Shown here: piece after piece, positions 39,335-51,834 of the stretch
Numbering within the stretch: position 1 is the first letter of the stretch
Layout: each line of letters opens with the position of its first letter
Source of the DNA: Eledone cirrhosa
Lineage: Eukaryota
Length of the DNA: 64,000 bases
Assembly: GCA_964016885.1 (NCBI GenBank)
Contig: OZ024750.1
Span: forward strand, 5,208,001-5,272,000
Direction of reading: 5' to 3'
Made by a program: the position numbers and the translations under genes
Notes under the pieces: generated by a model
What the model was told of the DNA's origin: nothing
Databases searched by the model: none
What the model saw: the letters and a program-made list of their open reading frames with translations, nothing else

Positions 39335-39820
39335 AACAACAACCCTGAGCACCTTTTGATTTCCATGTGTCTAAAACAGCACAGCTCCCATGACTTTCGG
39401 AAACAGTTTTTTACACTCAGAGTTACTGAAGCATGGAATAAACTACCTGCATCAGTTGTTAGCTGTTGGGACACTGCATCCTTTAAAACCTCCATGGAAC
39501 AAACTACCTGCATCAGTTGTTAGCTGTCGAGACACTGCATCCTTTAAAACCTCCATGGAACAAACTACCTGCATCAGTTATTAGCTGTCGAGACACTACA
39601 TCCTTTAAAACCTCCATGCTTCCTGAGATTCGCCAATATTACACCTGATGTCCCCTCTCCATACACACGCACACATGTATATCATGACTCATACACTGTT
39701 CATTTTCCTGACATTTGTACATTATTCTATGTACTATACATGCACCTTTGATGAGTTGTAGTGCACCTGAGCACCGTACACAATAATTTCATTATTATCA
39801 TTATTATTATTATTATTATT
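39335..39820 (+). mobile_element. CR1-type LINE 3' end with internal 3 x 61-bp duplication, nested in a TTAA-MITE
   Basis: Matches the reverse complement of about 23871-24258 and has an (ATT)n tail. The unit catggaacaaactacctgc...aaaacctc is repeated at 39432-39618. Confidence 0.85.
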
Positions 39821-40364
39821 AAAATTATTTCAAAATCACAGCTAATGTGTTTCATTAGAAATATGATTTCAAAAAAGGTTGAAAGACTTTAATTTTTAAT
39901 GTGATGCAGTCATAATGCTGTTTTGTAATTTTCAAGAATGCCTTACTAATGTGGTTTCATGTGGTACAGGACGATTTTCCAAGCAAAAAAAAGTGACCCC
40001 CCCCCCTCCTCCCGGAATTATATTTCTATTTGCCATTGTTATATCTTTTGTTTAATGTTACCAGCTGGTTATTGTGATAAAAAATGCCCCATCCTAAAAC
40101 GATCGCAATAAATGGCTTCCACTCTCACACATTCTAACAATTGAGAATAAAGTCAGGAATGACTATACCATAGAATCAGGAATGACTATACCATAGAATC
40201 AGGAATCTATTGATAACATTAGTTCAGTAATTATGCAGACATTTGTAATATTTCTATAGAATAAAGTTCAACATAAAATATGTACGATAAGAATGGTTAT
40301 AGGCCAGTAGAGCAAAGCTCAATGACACCTTCTGACTGATAAACTCACACACTCAATCCTGCTC

Positions 40365-40548
40365 TTTCACTCTATCTCTCCATCTATCTCTCTCTCTCTC
40401 TCTCACTCTGTCTCTCCATCTATCTCTCTCTCTCTCACTCTGTCTCTCCATCTCTCTCTCTCACTCTGTCTCTCCATCTATCTCTCTCTCTCTCTCTGTT
40501 TCTCCATCTATCTCTCTCTCTCTCCATCTCTCTCTCTCTCTCTCTCTG
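40365..40548. repeat. (CT)n compound repeat
   Basis: Directly visible in the sequence. Confidence 0.9.
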
Positions 40549-40943
40549 TAGGTTGAGGAAAAAGAGGAAGAGAGGAAAGGGGTACAAACTCTTCATACTC
40601 CTGGAGATGAGGGTTGCACATTTTTTCGGGGGTATGTGTTACCCATATGAAATGTCTCCTCCTATTGGGGAAAATCGATTAATTCTTAAATTGCATTTGT
40701 GATAGTATTTCACACGTTTTTATTGTATGTAAACTTCCCTCTTTGTATTTGTCCCCTTCTTTTGTGCCCCTGTGGCTAATAAAGAAACATATCTATTTCT
40801 CTCTCTCTCATATATATATATATATTTTTTTTTTTTCTTCCATGTACTTGTTTTGTTAGTTTTGTTATTTCTGTTTGCCTTTTACATACACACACACATA
40901 CATACATACATATATATATACATATACACATATATATATATAT

Positions 40944-41140
40944 AAGTAGTAACACAACAGTTAGTTCACCATACTGAGAACATTTGTTTCACTTTATGCG
41001 GATCTTCGCGTCCGAGCTGAAGACCCACATAAGGTGAAACAATTGTCCTCGGTATGGTGAACTAACTGTTGTGTTACCACTTCTACCAAACTCATCCCTT
41101 GGACTGAGTGTTCTACCACTACGGATATTACCTTCCAGTG
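40944..41140 (+). mobile_element. Penelope-like element end with inverted 5'-truncated copy
   Basis: 40944-41007 is an imperfect reverse complement of about 41019-41083. It sits in a (TA)n tract and carries a hammerhead motif. Confidence 0.6.
41012..41052 (+). ncRNA. Minimal type I hammerhead ribozyme motif (Penelope-like element associated)
   Basis: CCGAG-CUGAAGA-CCCACAUAAGGU-GAAA-CAAUUG-UC^CUCGG. Perfect 5-bp stem I, both conserved core boxes, palindromic stem III, GUC cleavage triplet. Confidence 0.75.
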
Positions 41141-41439
41141 TTCTACCTCTCTCTCTCTATATATATATATGTGTGTGTGTGTGTGCAGGAGAGGAGGTTA
41201 CGTTGGTATGGACATGTGATGCGTATGAAGGATGACAGCTGCATAAAAAGGTGCAGAGCACTAGAAGTCGATGGAAGATCTGGGATGAGGTGATAAAAGC
41301 CAACCTTACCCAATTGCACCTCTCAAGAGCAATGACACACGACCGTGACCTCTGGCATCACGCAGTAATACAGAAGACCCCCCCACACACAGGAACAAGT
41401 CGAAGCTGAAGCATATAGACAATATGCCCCCACACCCTC

Positions 41440-41690
41440 CCACTGCAAAGTGGTCATGGAGGTGCCACGGCAAAAAAGCACCCAGCCCACACTGTAAAAT
41501 GGACGTGTAGGCACCACGGAAAAAAGCACCCAGCCCACACTGTAAAGTGGACGTGTAGGCACCACGGAAAAAAGCACCCAGCCCACACTGTAAAGTGGAC
41601 GTGTAGGCACCACGGAAAAAAGCACCCAGCCCACACTGTAAAGTGGACGTGGAGGTGCCACGGCAAAAAAAGCACCCAGCACTCACTGTA
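41440..41690. repeat. 48-bp tandem array expanded inside a SINE family 2 tail
   Basis: cactgtaaagtggacgtgtaggcaccacggaaaaaagcacccagccca, about 5 copies, followed by the normal ttaggaagggcatccagc...(GAT)n end. Confidence 0.88.
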
Positions 41691-41971
41691 AATGAGGTTG
41701 GTGTTAGGAAGGGCATCCAGCTGTAGAAATCAAGCCAGAATCAGTTCCCGTATGAGCAAGACATGGTCAGCCGACCGGACACTGCCCACAACAGGACAAC
41801 CCGTCTAACCCATGCTAGCGTGGAAGAACGGACGTAAAACGATGATGATGATATATATATATCAAAATAAGAGTCATGTATCACCTGTTGAATTGTTAAT
41901 GTATTTAATGACAAAACACTGTGTAAGAAATAAATTTTGTTATTAAATGTCTTGCTTTCTCCACCATATCT

Positions 41972-42009
<38 letters not shown>

Positions 42010-42198
42010 AACGAAGAAGGTGTGGTAAGGAACCAGATGGACCATAATGCACCAGATTACTCAATACTGAGGGTAGTAGAGTGGGTAATAGGAAAAGGTT
42101 TGACCCCGACGGCAGAGCTCAAGCCATTTCTGAGTCCAGAAATAGCCATCAAAACGGCTTGAGCTCTGCTGTTGGGGTCAAACTTTTTCCTATATATG

Positions 42199-42231
<33 letters not shown>

Positions 42232-42282
42232 TACAAAATAACAGGAGGTATGTTCTGGTGTAAATCCTTGAAAGGTTTATTA

Positions 42283-42337
42283 TACTATGATCATTTCAAT
42301 GACGGGTTCAGTATGAATCCGGTGACATCATCAGGTA
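42283..42337 (-). ncRNA. Hammerhead ribozyme-like motif (partly degenerate)
   Basis: UAC-CUGAUGA-[30-nt stem II with CGG.UUCA/UGAA.CCG]-GAAA-UGAUCA-UA^GUA. Palindromic stem III; stem I is only 3 bp. Confidence 0.55.
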
Positions 42338-43069
42338 ATTCAAAATATAACAAAGGAATATATCAGATAAAAATCCTTGGTGTTTAAATCAGAGACAAGA
42401 GGGCGGCCGGTATTTTAGCAACTTGCATCTGCGTCAACCAACCTCAAGTATATATATGTATATATAATAATATAGGAGGTGAGTTTTATTGTAGCACAAT
42501 AAAGCAATGCAGATATCGGATAAGTAGCACTCCACAGTTTATAGGACTGGAGTATAAATAATATAAGATCAAAAGATGGTTAAAAGAGTTCCAAGTATTT
42601 TATTATGCGCATTTCAAAAACAAATATCATAGGAAAAGAGTCAGGACCCTGACGGCTGAGCTCTGGCTGTTACAACAGCTAGATCCGAACTTTTGATAAG
42701 TTATGTTCCAAAAACCAACTTAATAATGAGAAAGTTAGTTACGTCACTAAATCCTTCTAAATTCTTGATTATTTTCAAAATAATTTGAAAATTATATGTA
42801 GTGTCTTTTATTAGAAATATGGTAACGATTGAGTGAAGTGCTTAGGCTTTGTTGCTGTGGTAATAGGAAATGTGAACTAAACTCCATCTATTTGTGCAGT
42901 AAGGATCAGTGTTTTCTGTCAATTAGCCGGATGTTAGTTTAGACAATTTCTGATTTTATAGTGTTTATTTCAAGTAACAGTCATTGACACTTCTCTTAAT
43001 GATATTAATGGCAATTGAAGGATCTAATTTCAGAATCTCATGTTGTCGAGAAAATATGATATGTTCTAA

Positions 43070-43642
43070 GTGTTTATTTTATCGGCCCCATAAGGATGAA
43101 AAGCAAAGTGAACTTCGGCAGGACTTGAACTCAGACCGTAAAGGGCCGTTACTCTATGCTGCAAAGCATGGCGTTCAAACCTCTACTGATACTGCCAATC
43201 CACCGCCAATAAAAAGAATAATAATTGTTTTTACTTTTTGGTACAAGGCCAGCAATTATCCCAGCGTATCACTGGTACTTTATTTTATCGACCCCGTAAG
43301 GATGAAAGGCAAAGTTAACCGCAGCAGGATTTGAACTCAGAATGGCAAGGGCCGTAACTCTATGCGTCAAAGCATGGCGTCCGACCCTCTACCGATACTG
43401 CCAATCCACTACCCTGTAAAAAGAATAATAATGATGGTTTCTTATCTAGGCACAAGGCCAGCAATTTTGTGGAAAGGGAAAGTCGATTAAATCGACCCCA
43501 GTACATTACTGGTGCTTTATTTTATCAACTCTGTAAGGATGAAAGGCAAAGTTAACCTCGGCGGGATTTGAACTCAGATCATAAAGGGCCGTAACTCTAT
43601 GTTGCAAAGCATGGGGTCCAAACCTTTACCGATACTGCCAAT
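43070..43642 (-). mobile_element. Three head-to-tail SINE family 1 copies
   Basis: The aggatgaaaggcaaagttaacc...gatactgccaat block occurs three times. Confidence 0.8.
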
Positions 43643-45610
43643 AAAAGAAATAAAAAATAATAACATTACAGGGCGGGGTCGATATGATTGAACTAAACCA
43701 AGGCCATGCTCCAGCATGGCCCCGCATAGTCAAATGAGTGAAAGTAGTAAAAGATAAGAGATTAAATGAAACCAACAACAATTCCACCATTACCTGATAA
43801 CCTAAATGATAGCAGCTGAATATAATAATACCTCTACAATGTCTCAATGTTTACAATAAGTGACAATGAACTATCTAGTTTGTTCCACTTAACATTGTCA
43901 CTAACACCTAATGGTCGCAGAAGCAACAACAACAGCAGCACTTTCACTATTACTGTTACTATGACAACGTATTAACCCTTTTGTCAATGTATTTCTAATA
44001 AAATGCACAATTAATTAATGAAGAATTTTGAAGGATTTACTAAAATTGTTGATCATTTCATTAGTGAGAAGTAACTTAATATATGATGCCTGGTCATGAA
44101 TCTTGGGTAATGACCGAAAGAATACAATAGCGAATACAAGTGACCGAAATGGGGTTCCTTCGAAGGGTCTTTGGAGTAATGTTACTCAATAGAGTGTGTA
44201 TTAGAAAGCACATTAAGTTTTTTGTGAGCAGGTACTGAAGACATCAAATGTTCTCTAGCCCAGAGCCTCTCACTCTGATTGATGAACAAGACACCAAACC
44301 TCATTTGCATATCAAGTGGGGTGGACCTCATCAAATCAGACCAAGGAAACAATGTTTCCATTGGTCTTTCCATTGCTGATACTATCTACCAGTCGCAACT
44401 CCTGGCAGAAAGAGCAATGTAAAATAAAGTGTCTTGCTCAGGGACACAACGCATCACCCAGTCTGACAATTTAACTTGCAACCTCACGATTGCAAATCCA
44501 ACTCTCTAACTAAGCCATGCCCCTAGTTGCTTTTAATCCCATCATGATCGTGGCGATTTTTGATATCCTGTAGACAGAGCAAGAAAACTTTCTATACTGA
44601 CATGGATTGGAAGGATTGTCATGGTCTCAGACCAATTGGTTGGAGCAACCTTATCTTACTTATACATTCTATACTTAGCATGGTTTCTATAGCTGGACAC
44701 CTTTCCTAATGCCAACCACATTACAGTGTATATTGGGATACTGGGTACATTTTATCATGTCTCCAACACTAGAGAGGTTGTCATATGCTCAATCAGAATA
44801 TATATTTTTTGTTCTATCCCCAATATAGCTTCCAATCACTTACCATATTATATCATGTCTCCAGCACTAGAGAGGTTGTCATATGCTCAGTCAGACTATA
44901 TTTTCTCTGTTCAATCCACAACATAACTTCCAATCACTTACCATATTATATTTTAATGTCATAGTATTTGAACTGATCAACAGGTCTTTTGTATTATCTC
45001 ATTATCATCAGCCAGCATAGTCATGTATAAATTTATTGGAGGACACTTAATTGTATATTAGCTCATAAATATATATCTTTGGGGAATATGTACAAGGTTT
45101 ATTTTGTTTTCTAAGGAAAGCATACACAATGAATAGATTAACCTCTTATCTCGGGGGAGATTTGTGTTCCAACCACTTCAGTGTACCAAAACTGAATCTA
45201 AGCACTGACAATTGATATTGATCTTTCTACACGACACATTACATATTAGTATAAAGACCATTTAGCAGATATGACCACCACCACCACTGTTTTATGTGTT
45301 TTCCACACTGGCATGGGTCGGATAGGTTGTCATATTCTGAGACTAGACAGGTCAGATGACCAAGTCTTGTTCTGTTCATCACCATCTTCGTTTAACGTCC
45401 ATCTTCCATGCTATTTAATTTTGGCATGGTTTCTACAGCTGATGTCGTTCCTAATGACAACCATTTTAGAACATGTACTAAGTACATTTTATTGTGACAC
45501 CAGCACTGCCACTTTACAGAGTGTACCAGGTGCATTTTATCATTCCACCAGCACTACAACTTAACAAAATATACTGGGTGCATTTTATCATGCAACCAAC
45601 ACTACCATTT

Positions 45611-45661
<51 letters not shown>

Positions 45662-46569
45662 AAGAACTGAAGGAAAGAAGAGAGGATATAAAGAGAGAGA
45701 GAGAGAGGAGAGAAAATGAGTGAAGGAGGTGATAGAAGAATGGTTGATACTTTAGATTAAAAGAATACATAGAAAAGATGGAATCTTTCAAGTTTGTTTT
45801 TAGAGAAATTTCCAGGAAATTAATCCCACCATTTAGTATTTGTTGGGTGTCTACAGGAAGTTGACAACCCTACCTATATATCTCTCTGTATATCTATATA
45901 TCTGTTTGTCTATATATGTCTATCTATATATGTTTGTCTATTTATATATCTGTTTGTCTATCTATATATCTGTTTGTCTATTTATATATCTGTTTGTCTA
46001 GCTATATATCTATCAGTTTGTTTATCTATATATATGTCTGTTGGTTTGTTTGTCTGTTTATCTATCCATCTATCTGTCCCCCCCCCCCCCACCCCCCCAC
46101 CCCTCACCTACCTACCTAGCCATCCATCCCAGTAAATGTTTGTTATAGTTTTCACATCAGAGAAGCAACTTGACACCAGTAAACATACACACACATATAT
46201 ATATATCTATATCTCTATATATACATGCATACACACGCATATAGGTCAGTTGTCACAGTTGACTTGACTGAAGAACCCAGACTCAAAACCAAACTGTATC
46301 TTATCTAACTTGACTCTTTCTCTAATTAAATGTGCTAGAACTTAATCTATTAGTTTAATGCACATGTAGTTGTTCCTTTCTACATACACACACACACACC
46401 ACAAGGTACCCTATCATTGTTTAATGGCCACTTCCTACACTAGCATGGGTCAGATGACCGTGTCTTGCTCATACAAAACTGTTTCTGGCTAGATTTCTAC
46501 AGCTGGATACCCTTATCATTTAACCAAATCTAATACTCTAAGACCTGTTCCCTTTATACTCTTAAATAT

Positions 46570-46599
46570 ATCTAACATGTTATATATATATCTAACATG

Positions 46600-46633
<34 letters not shown>

Positions 46634-46733
46634 AACATGTTATTTATATATATATATATATATCTAACATGTTATTTATATATATATATATATATCTAAC
46701 ATGTTATATATATATATATATATATCTAACATG

Positions 46734-46769
<36 letters not shown>

Positions 46770-46950
46770 AACATGTTATATATATATATATATATATATA
46801 TCTAACATGTTATATATATATATATATATATATATCTAACATGTTATATATATATATATATATATATATCTAACATGTTATATATATATATATATATATA
46901 TATATCTAACATGTTATATATATATATATATATATATATATCTAACATGT

Positions 46951-46981
<31 letters not shown>

Positions 46982-46988
46982 AACATGT

Positions 46989-47019
<31 letters not shown>

Positions 47020-47225
47020 AACATGTTATTTATATATATATATATATATATATCTAACATGTTATTTATATATATATATATATATCTAACATGTTATATA
47101 TATATATATATATATATATATCTAACATGTTATATATATATATATATATATAACATGTTATATATATATATATATATATAACATGTTATATATATATATA
47201 TATATCTAACATGTTATATATATAT
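46570..47225. repeat. TAACATGTTA-(TA)n compound array
   Basis: About 20 palindromic cores separated by variable (TA)n tracts. Confidence 0.92.
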
Positions 47226-47247
47226 ACACACACACACATACACACAT

Positions 47248-47545
47248 GGAGGCACATGGTTCAGTGGTTAGAGCATTGGCCTTGCAATTGAAAGGTTGTG
47301 AGTTCAATTCTCAGACCGGGTGATGTGTTGTTTCCTTGAGTAAGACACTTTATTTCACATTGCTCCAGTTTACTCAGCTGCAAAGTGGTCGTGTAGGTGC
47401 TACAGCAAAAAAGCACCCATCACTCACTGTAAATGAGGTTGGGTTAGGAAGGGCATCCAGCTGTAGAAATCAAGCCAAAATCAGTTACCGTCCCACCCTT
47501 GCAAGCAGGGAAAAAGCGGACGTAAAATGAAATGATGATGAAATG
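47248..47545 (+). mobile_element. SINE family 2 copy
   Basis: Very similar to 37347-37685. Heads also occur at about 15331 (+) and 26000-26154 (-). Confidence 0.78.
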
Positions 47546-48425
47546 ATACACACACACACTACAATAAAATAGTTTATATATACACAACAAACATGTTTAT
47601 ATATACACAATACAATAAACTAGTTTATATATACACAACATAACAAACATTTATAAATATACATGAATATACAATCCAACATACATGTCTTTAAATGTTG
47701 TATATTTATAAACAATACTTCTTTCATTTTTTCCTCCATTTTTACCCATGTCTTTCTTGGTCTTCTTCTTCTACTTCCTTCCACATTCATTTCCATCACT
47801 CCTCTCACTCAGTCCCTTTCATCCATCCTCAACACATGACCCAACCATCTCATTCCATTTCTATTCCCATCATCCTCTACAAGTCATTGTTTATCTTCCT
47901 CTCTCTCAACAATAGGAATAAGTTTATGAATAGCCAATACGCTCATAAAAATATCAACATTTATTTGTTTTCAATCATCATCATCATCGCCATTATTTAA
48001 CGTGTTTATCCATGCTGGCATGGGTTTGACTGGTCATCCCAGACTGTCAGTAATTAATCAAAGCTACTGACCGCTCAGACAGCATCGCAATTCCATATAT
48101 TCCAGTACTTTACAGAGTATAATAGATGCATTTTATCATGATCCCAGCACTAGGGATGTTGCCGTGTCCATTACATAACTGATGAGCCCTCCTGACTCTA
48201 TGATTGGCAAGTTTTCTATGGATAGAGACCCTTCCTAACACCAATTACATTGTGAGTTGGGGAAGGGGATGGATGGAGACCCTTCCTAACACCAATTACT
48301 TTGTGAGTTGGGGAAGGGGATGGATGGAGACCCTTCCTAACACCAATCACTTTGGGGAAAGGGGCAAACAAAACAATATTCTACATTAAAAAGAATTTAA
48401 GCATATTTTAGAGTAATTTTAAAAA

Positions 48426-48431
48426 TTTATT
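48426..48431 (-). promoter_or_regulatory. Candidate polyadenylation signal (AATAAA) of the ferredoxin gene
   Basis: AATAAA on the minus strand about 50 nt after the stop codon. The context is AT-rich, so a chance match is possible. Confidence 0.45.
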
Positions 48432-48482
48432 TTCTTATAACTATTTCAAAGGATGTATAAAAATTTAAACAACCAAAAACTT

Positions 48483-48579
48483 CTAAGAAAATCCTCGTAT
48501 ATCATTTGTTTCTGTTGGAATTTTTATCTCAACCCCATCCATTTCCTCTGTGACATAAACTTGACAACCGAGGCGAGAT
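48483..48579 (-). CDS. FDX1: Ferredoxin exon 4 (SRLGCQVYVTEEMDGVEIKIPTETNDIRGFS*)
   Basis: SRLGCQ carries the fourth cluster Cys. Acceptor ttattttgtag, stop TAG. The C-terminus is FDX1-like (NDIR) rather than FDX2-like (RNFYVDG). Confidence 0.93.
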
Positions 48580-48679
48580 CTACAAAATAAGGAGGAAAAA
48601 CATGTTAACCAGTTGATAGGAAATCATTTATTTGACCCCTTTAATACCAACCAACCCCTGGTTTTATGAAACAAAACTA

Positions 48680-49070
48680 CACAACCATGAGCACCATTTT
48701 GAATTTCATGTGTCTAACACCCGTGGATGTGCTTACAAAATCAGAAAACAGTACAGCTCCCATGACTTTCGGAAACATTTTTTCATGCTCTGATTTGCTG
48801 AAGCATGAAACAAACTACCTGCATCAGTTGTTAGCTGTCGGGACAATGCATCCTTCAAACCTTCCATGCTTCCCGAAATTCGCCAACTCTACACCCGATA
48901 TTCTCCCTCCATACTCACACATGCATGTGTCTTTGTGTGTATGTCATGACTTATACACTGTTCACTTTCCTGACATTTGTACATTATCCTATGTACTATA
49001 CATGCACCTTTGATGAGTTGTAGTGCACCTGAGCACTATACACAATAATTTTTATTATATTATATCATTA
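48680..49070 (+). mobile_element. CR1-type LINE 3' end in ferredoxin intron 3, nested in a TTAA-MITE
   Basis: Homologous to the 3' 400 bp of the 23871-25060 LINE; MITE sequence on both sides. Confidence 0.85.
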
Positions 49071-49292
49071 TAAGAGTTCATATTTATATCAAAACCTTCC
49101 ATCACAATTTTATGAAGGAACTCTTTGTTAAGTAATGCCCCAAACTTTTTCTCGTGACACCTACATTTATATTTATCTAAAATCCTTTCATCATAATTTT
49201 ATGTAAGAACCTTTGTTAAGTTATGTTCCAAACAGCAGTTTAATAATGAGAAAATTAACTATATGATTAAATCATTGCAAAGAACTACTTAC

Positions 49293-49419
49293 GTGTCTGT
49301 TAATCCATAGGCCATATCTAATAAATCTTGTTCTTCGTCTGATGGTACCTCAGCATTGTATATATGTTTCGGTAGTATTACATGACAAGTGGAACACGCC
49401 ATAGTACCTTCACAAGCTC
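49293..49419 (-). CDS. FDX1: Ferredoxin exon 3 ((G)[41 protein letters not shown](T))
   Basis: C-x5-C-x2-C [2Fe-2S] ligands and the acidic EEQDLLD partner-binding helix. Acceptor tttaccag, donor gtaagt, 127 nt, phase 1/2. Confidence 0.95.
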
Positions 49420-50125
49420 CTGGTAAACAATAAAACTATATCAGAACAATAACAACACCAAGCATTTTAAGTCTGTTTTCCCTCCTAAATCAGGGGTTGG
49501 CATTGCAGGCAATTTTTTAAGGCAATTGTTTTATGACCAGGTGCCCTTCCTAGCACCAACCCTTTTAGTCCCCTTATGCGACAGTGGACCTATTCTAAAC
49601 CAGATATAAAAAACAAACAAAATATCATCATTATTTTACATCTACATTCCATGTCAGCATGGGCTATCAAAATCTGAGACTAAACAGACCAGAGGAACCA
49701 TATCTTGCTCATATGTTCCCTATTTTGGCATGGTTTCTATAGTTGGATGCCTTGCCTAATGCCAACAACTTTACAGAGTGTACTGGGTGTGTTTTATCAT
49801 GGTACCAACATTACCACTTCAGAGTGAGTACTGGGAGTGTTTTATTGACACAAACACTACCACTTTACAGAGTGTGCTGAGTGCATTCTATTGTGACATT
49901 AGCATTTACACACTCTACAGAGTGTACCACGTGCATTTGATTATGGCATTAAGACTACCAGATTAAAGAAGAAAAAAATTTCAAAGACAAACACGTTTGA
50001 TAATAAAATTTATAGGTACATTTAGGATGTTGCTATGATTTAGCTCCCTTACAAAACTAGGCTAAGTTTAATGCAGAAACAAGTATTAGTAGAAATTATT
50101 GAGGACGTGTGTGTGTGTGTGTATA

Positions 50126-50700
50126 TCATCATCATGCCCGTTTTTCTATGATTGCACAGGTTGGATGAGTCCTTTACAGCATAGCATCTCTCCACTCGCC
50201 ACGTTTAATCGTCATCTCTGTGAGTCTTAGCGATTTGAGATCAGTTCTTACCACCTCTGCCCAGGTCTTTCTTGGTCTACCTCTTCTGTGGCTTCCGTCC
50301 ACTGGGATCTGCTGGCATCTCTTCAACCAGCGACTATAACCCAAATATATCACATGTCTGTACCAATGCAGTCTTCTCTCTTCCACACCACTTCGGATTC
50401 CTCTTAAACCCAGTTTCTCCCTCAGTTCATCCAAGCTCTGCTTTTCTCTCACATTGACATTGCACATCTAATGACGCATGGTTGCTTCATTTCTTTCTAG
50501 TCTACATATCCTCTTCAGTCACTGCATGTTTCACTACCATGCAGCATCACACTTCACACACAGGCGTCATACAGTCATCCTTTTGTATGTAGGGAGACAC
50601 CTTTCGTTGTCAACAGTGAGAGTAGCACTCTAAACTTCTATTCTATCCTTATTCTAGCTATTATACTCTCAGAACACCCTCTTCTGCTGCTAATTAAGTT
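50126..50700 (-). mobile_element. RTE-clade LINE 3' fragment in ferredoxin intron 2
   Basis: LREKLGLRGIR...RRLHWYRHV...RGRPRKTW with a (GAT)n tail. Related fragments at about 7790-8110, 41180-41310, 47720-47860, 53260-53450 and 61780-62030. Confidence 0.8.
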
Positions 50701-51662
50701 ACCCATATATATATATATATATATGTATGTATATACACACACATATGTGTATATACACCCAACCCACACTATAAAGTGGCAGCACTAATGCTATGATAAA
50801 ATGCATCCAGTACATTCTGTAAAGGGGATGACATTAGGAAAGGAATTCTGCCATAGAAACCAAAATGGAATGTAGGAACAGGACGTGATTATCTGTCCTG
50901 TTGTATGTGGTAACATTCCTGTGACAATTAATTTTCTTTAGACATTAAGAAACATTATACATGATTAAAAAAAGTACATTACTAGAAATCCCATACATTA
51001 ATGGGTTGGAGGTGTCAATATGTAAACTAAACAACTAATTCTGTTTGTTTTTTTTAATCAACTGAGACAACCTAGAAAAATTACTGACCCACCACACCCC
51101 ATTATTTGGGACCTGAGAGTAATGTAAGCATGTGAAGAACATCTCATCTCCTGTTTAAAAAATTGGCCAGTAAGGTTTCTATTTTACATATGATGATGAC
51201 TACATACATTACATCTGTTTTGCCCACAATTATATGGCTTGGCTTTCTCAATAACACTCCACTCTACTGTAGCGTCCATGTCACTTCTGTCTAGAATTTC
51301 TTTTTTTAAATATATATTAAGACTTGTCATAGCTCTAATGGTCTCGGGTAAATGAAGTGAAGGTTAGGGTCGGCCAGTGGTTGTAGAAAGTGGTGAGTGG
51401 AGTGAAGGTTGGAGTGGACCGGTGGTTGTAGAAAGTGGTGAGTGGAGTGAAGGTTGGAGTGGACTAGTGGTTGTAGGAGGTAAACATGCTACTGAACAAA
51501 TATTCAAAGCTATAAGTACTTGGTAAAGTACTTGACTCGTGCAACCTATTCTGGTATGGAAAGTAGACATATGACGATGAATGTGAGATAAAGATGAGAA
51601 GGGATGTGAGAGGAGAAAGATAAGATAGAATATTCCTACAGAGAAATAGAAAATGAACTAAC

Positions 51663-51775
51663 CAAAACCATCAAAGTCAAGATCGTTGTCAATAACAGAG
51701 TCCAACAAAGTGCTATTAACTTTGGCCTCAGTTGCTATTTTGTTGCCGTCACTGGTCACAAAATATATGGTTACC
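51663..51775 (-). CDS. FDX1: Ferredoxin alternative exon 2B (VTIYFVTSDGNKIATEAKVNSTLLDSVIDNDLDFDGF-G)
   Basis: Acceptor ttgtgtgtttcag, donor G|gttagt, 113 nt, phase 2 in and phase 1 out. Carries the adrenodoxin/FDX1-type DGFG motif. Confidence 0.9.
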
Positions 51776-51834
51776 CTGAAACACACAAGGGAGGACACAA
51801 AAATAGTTTCTGTTTCAAATTAGAAAATAAATAC

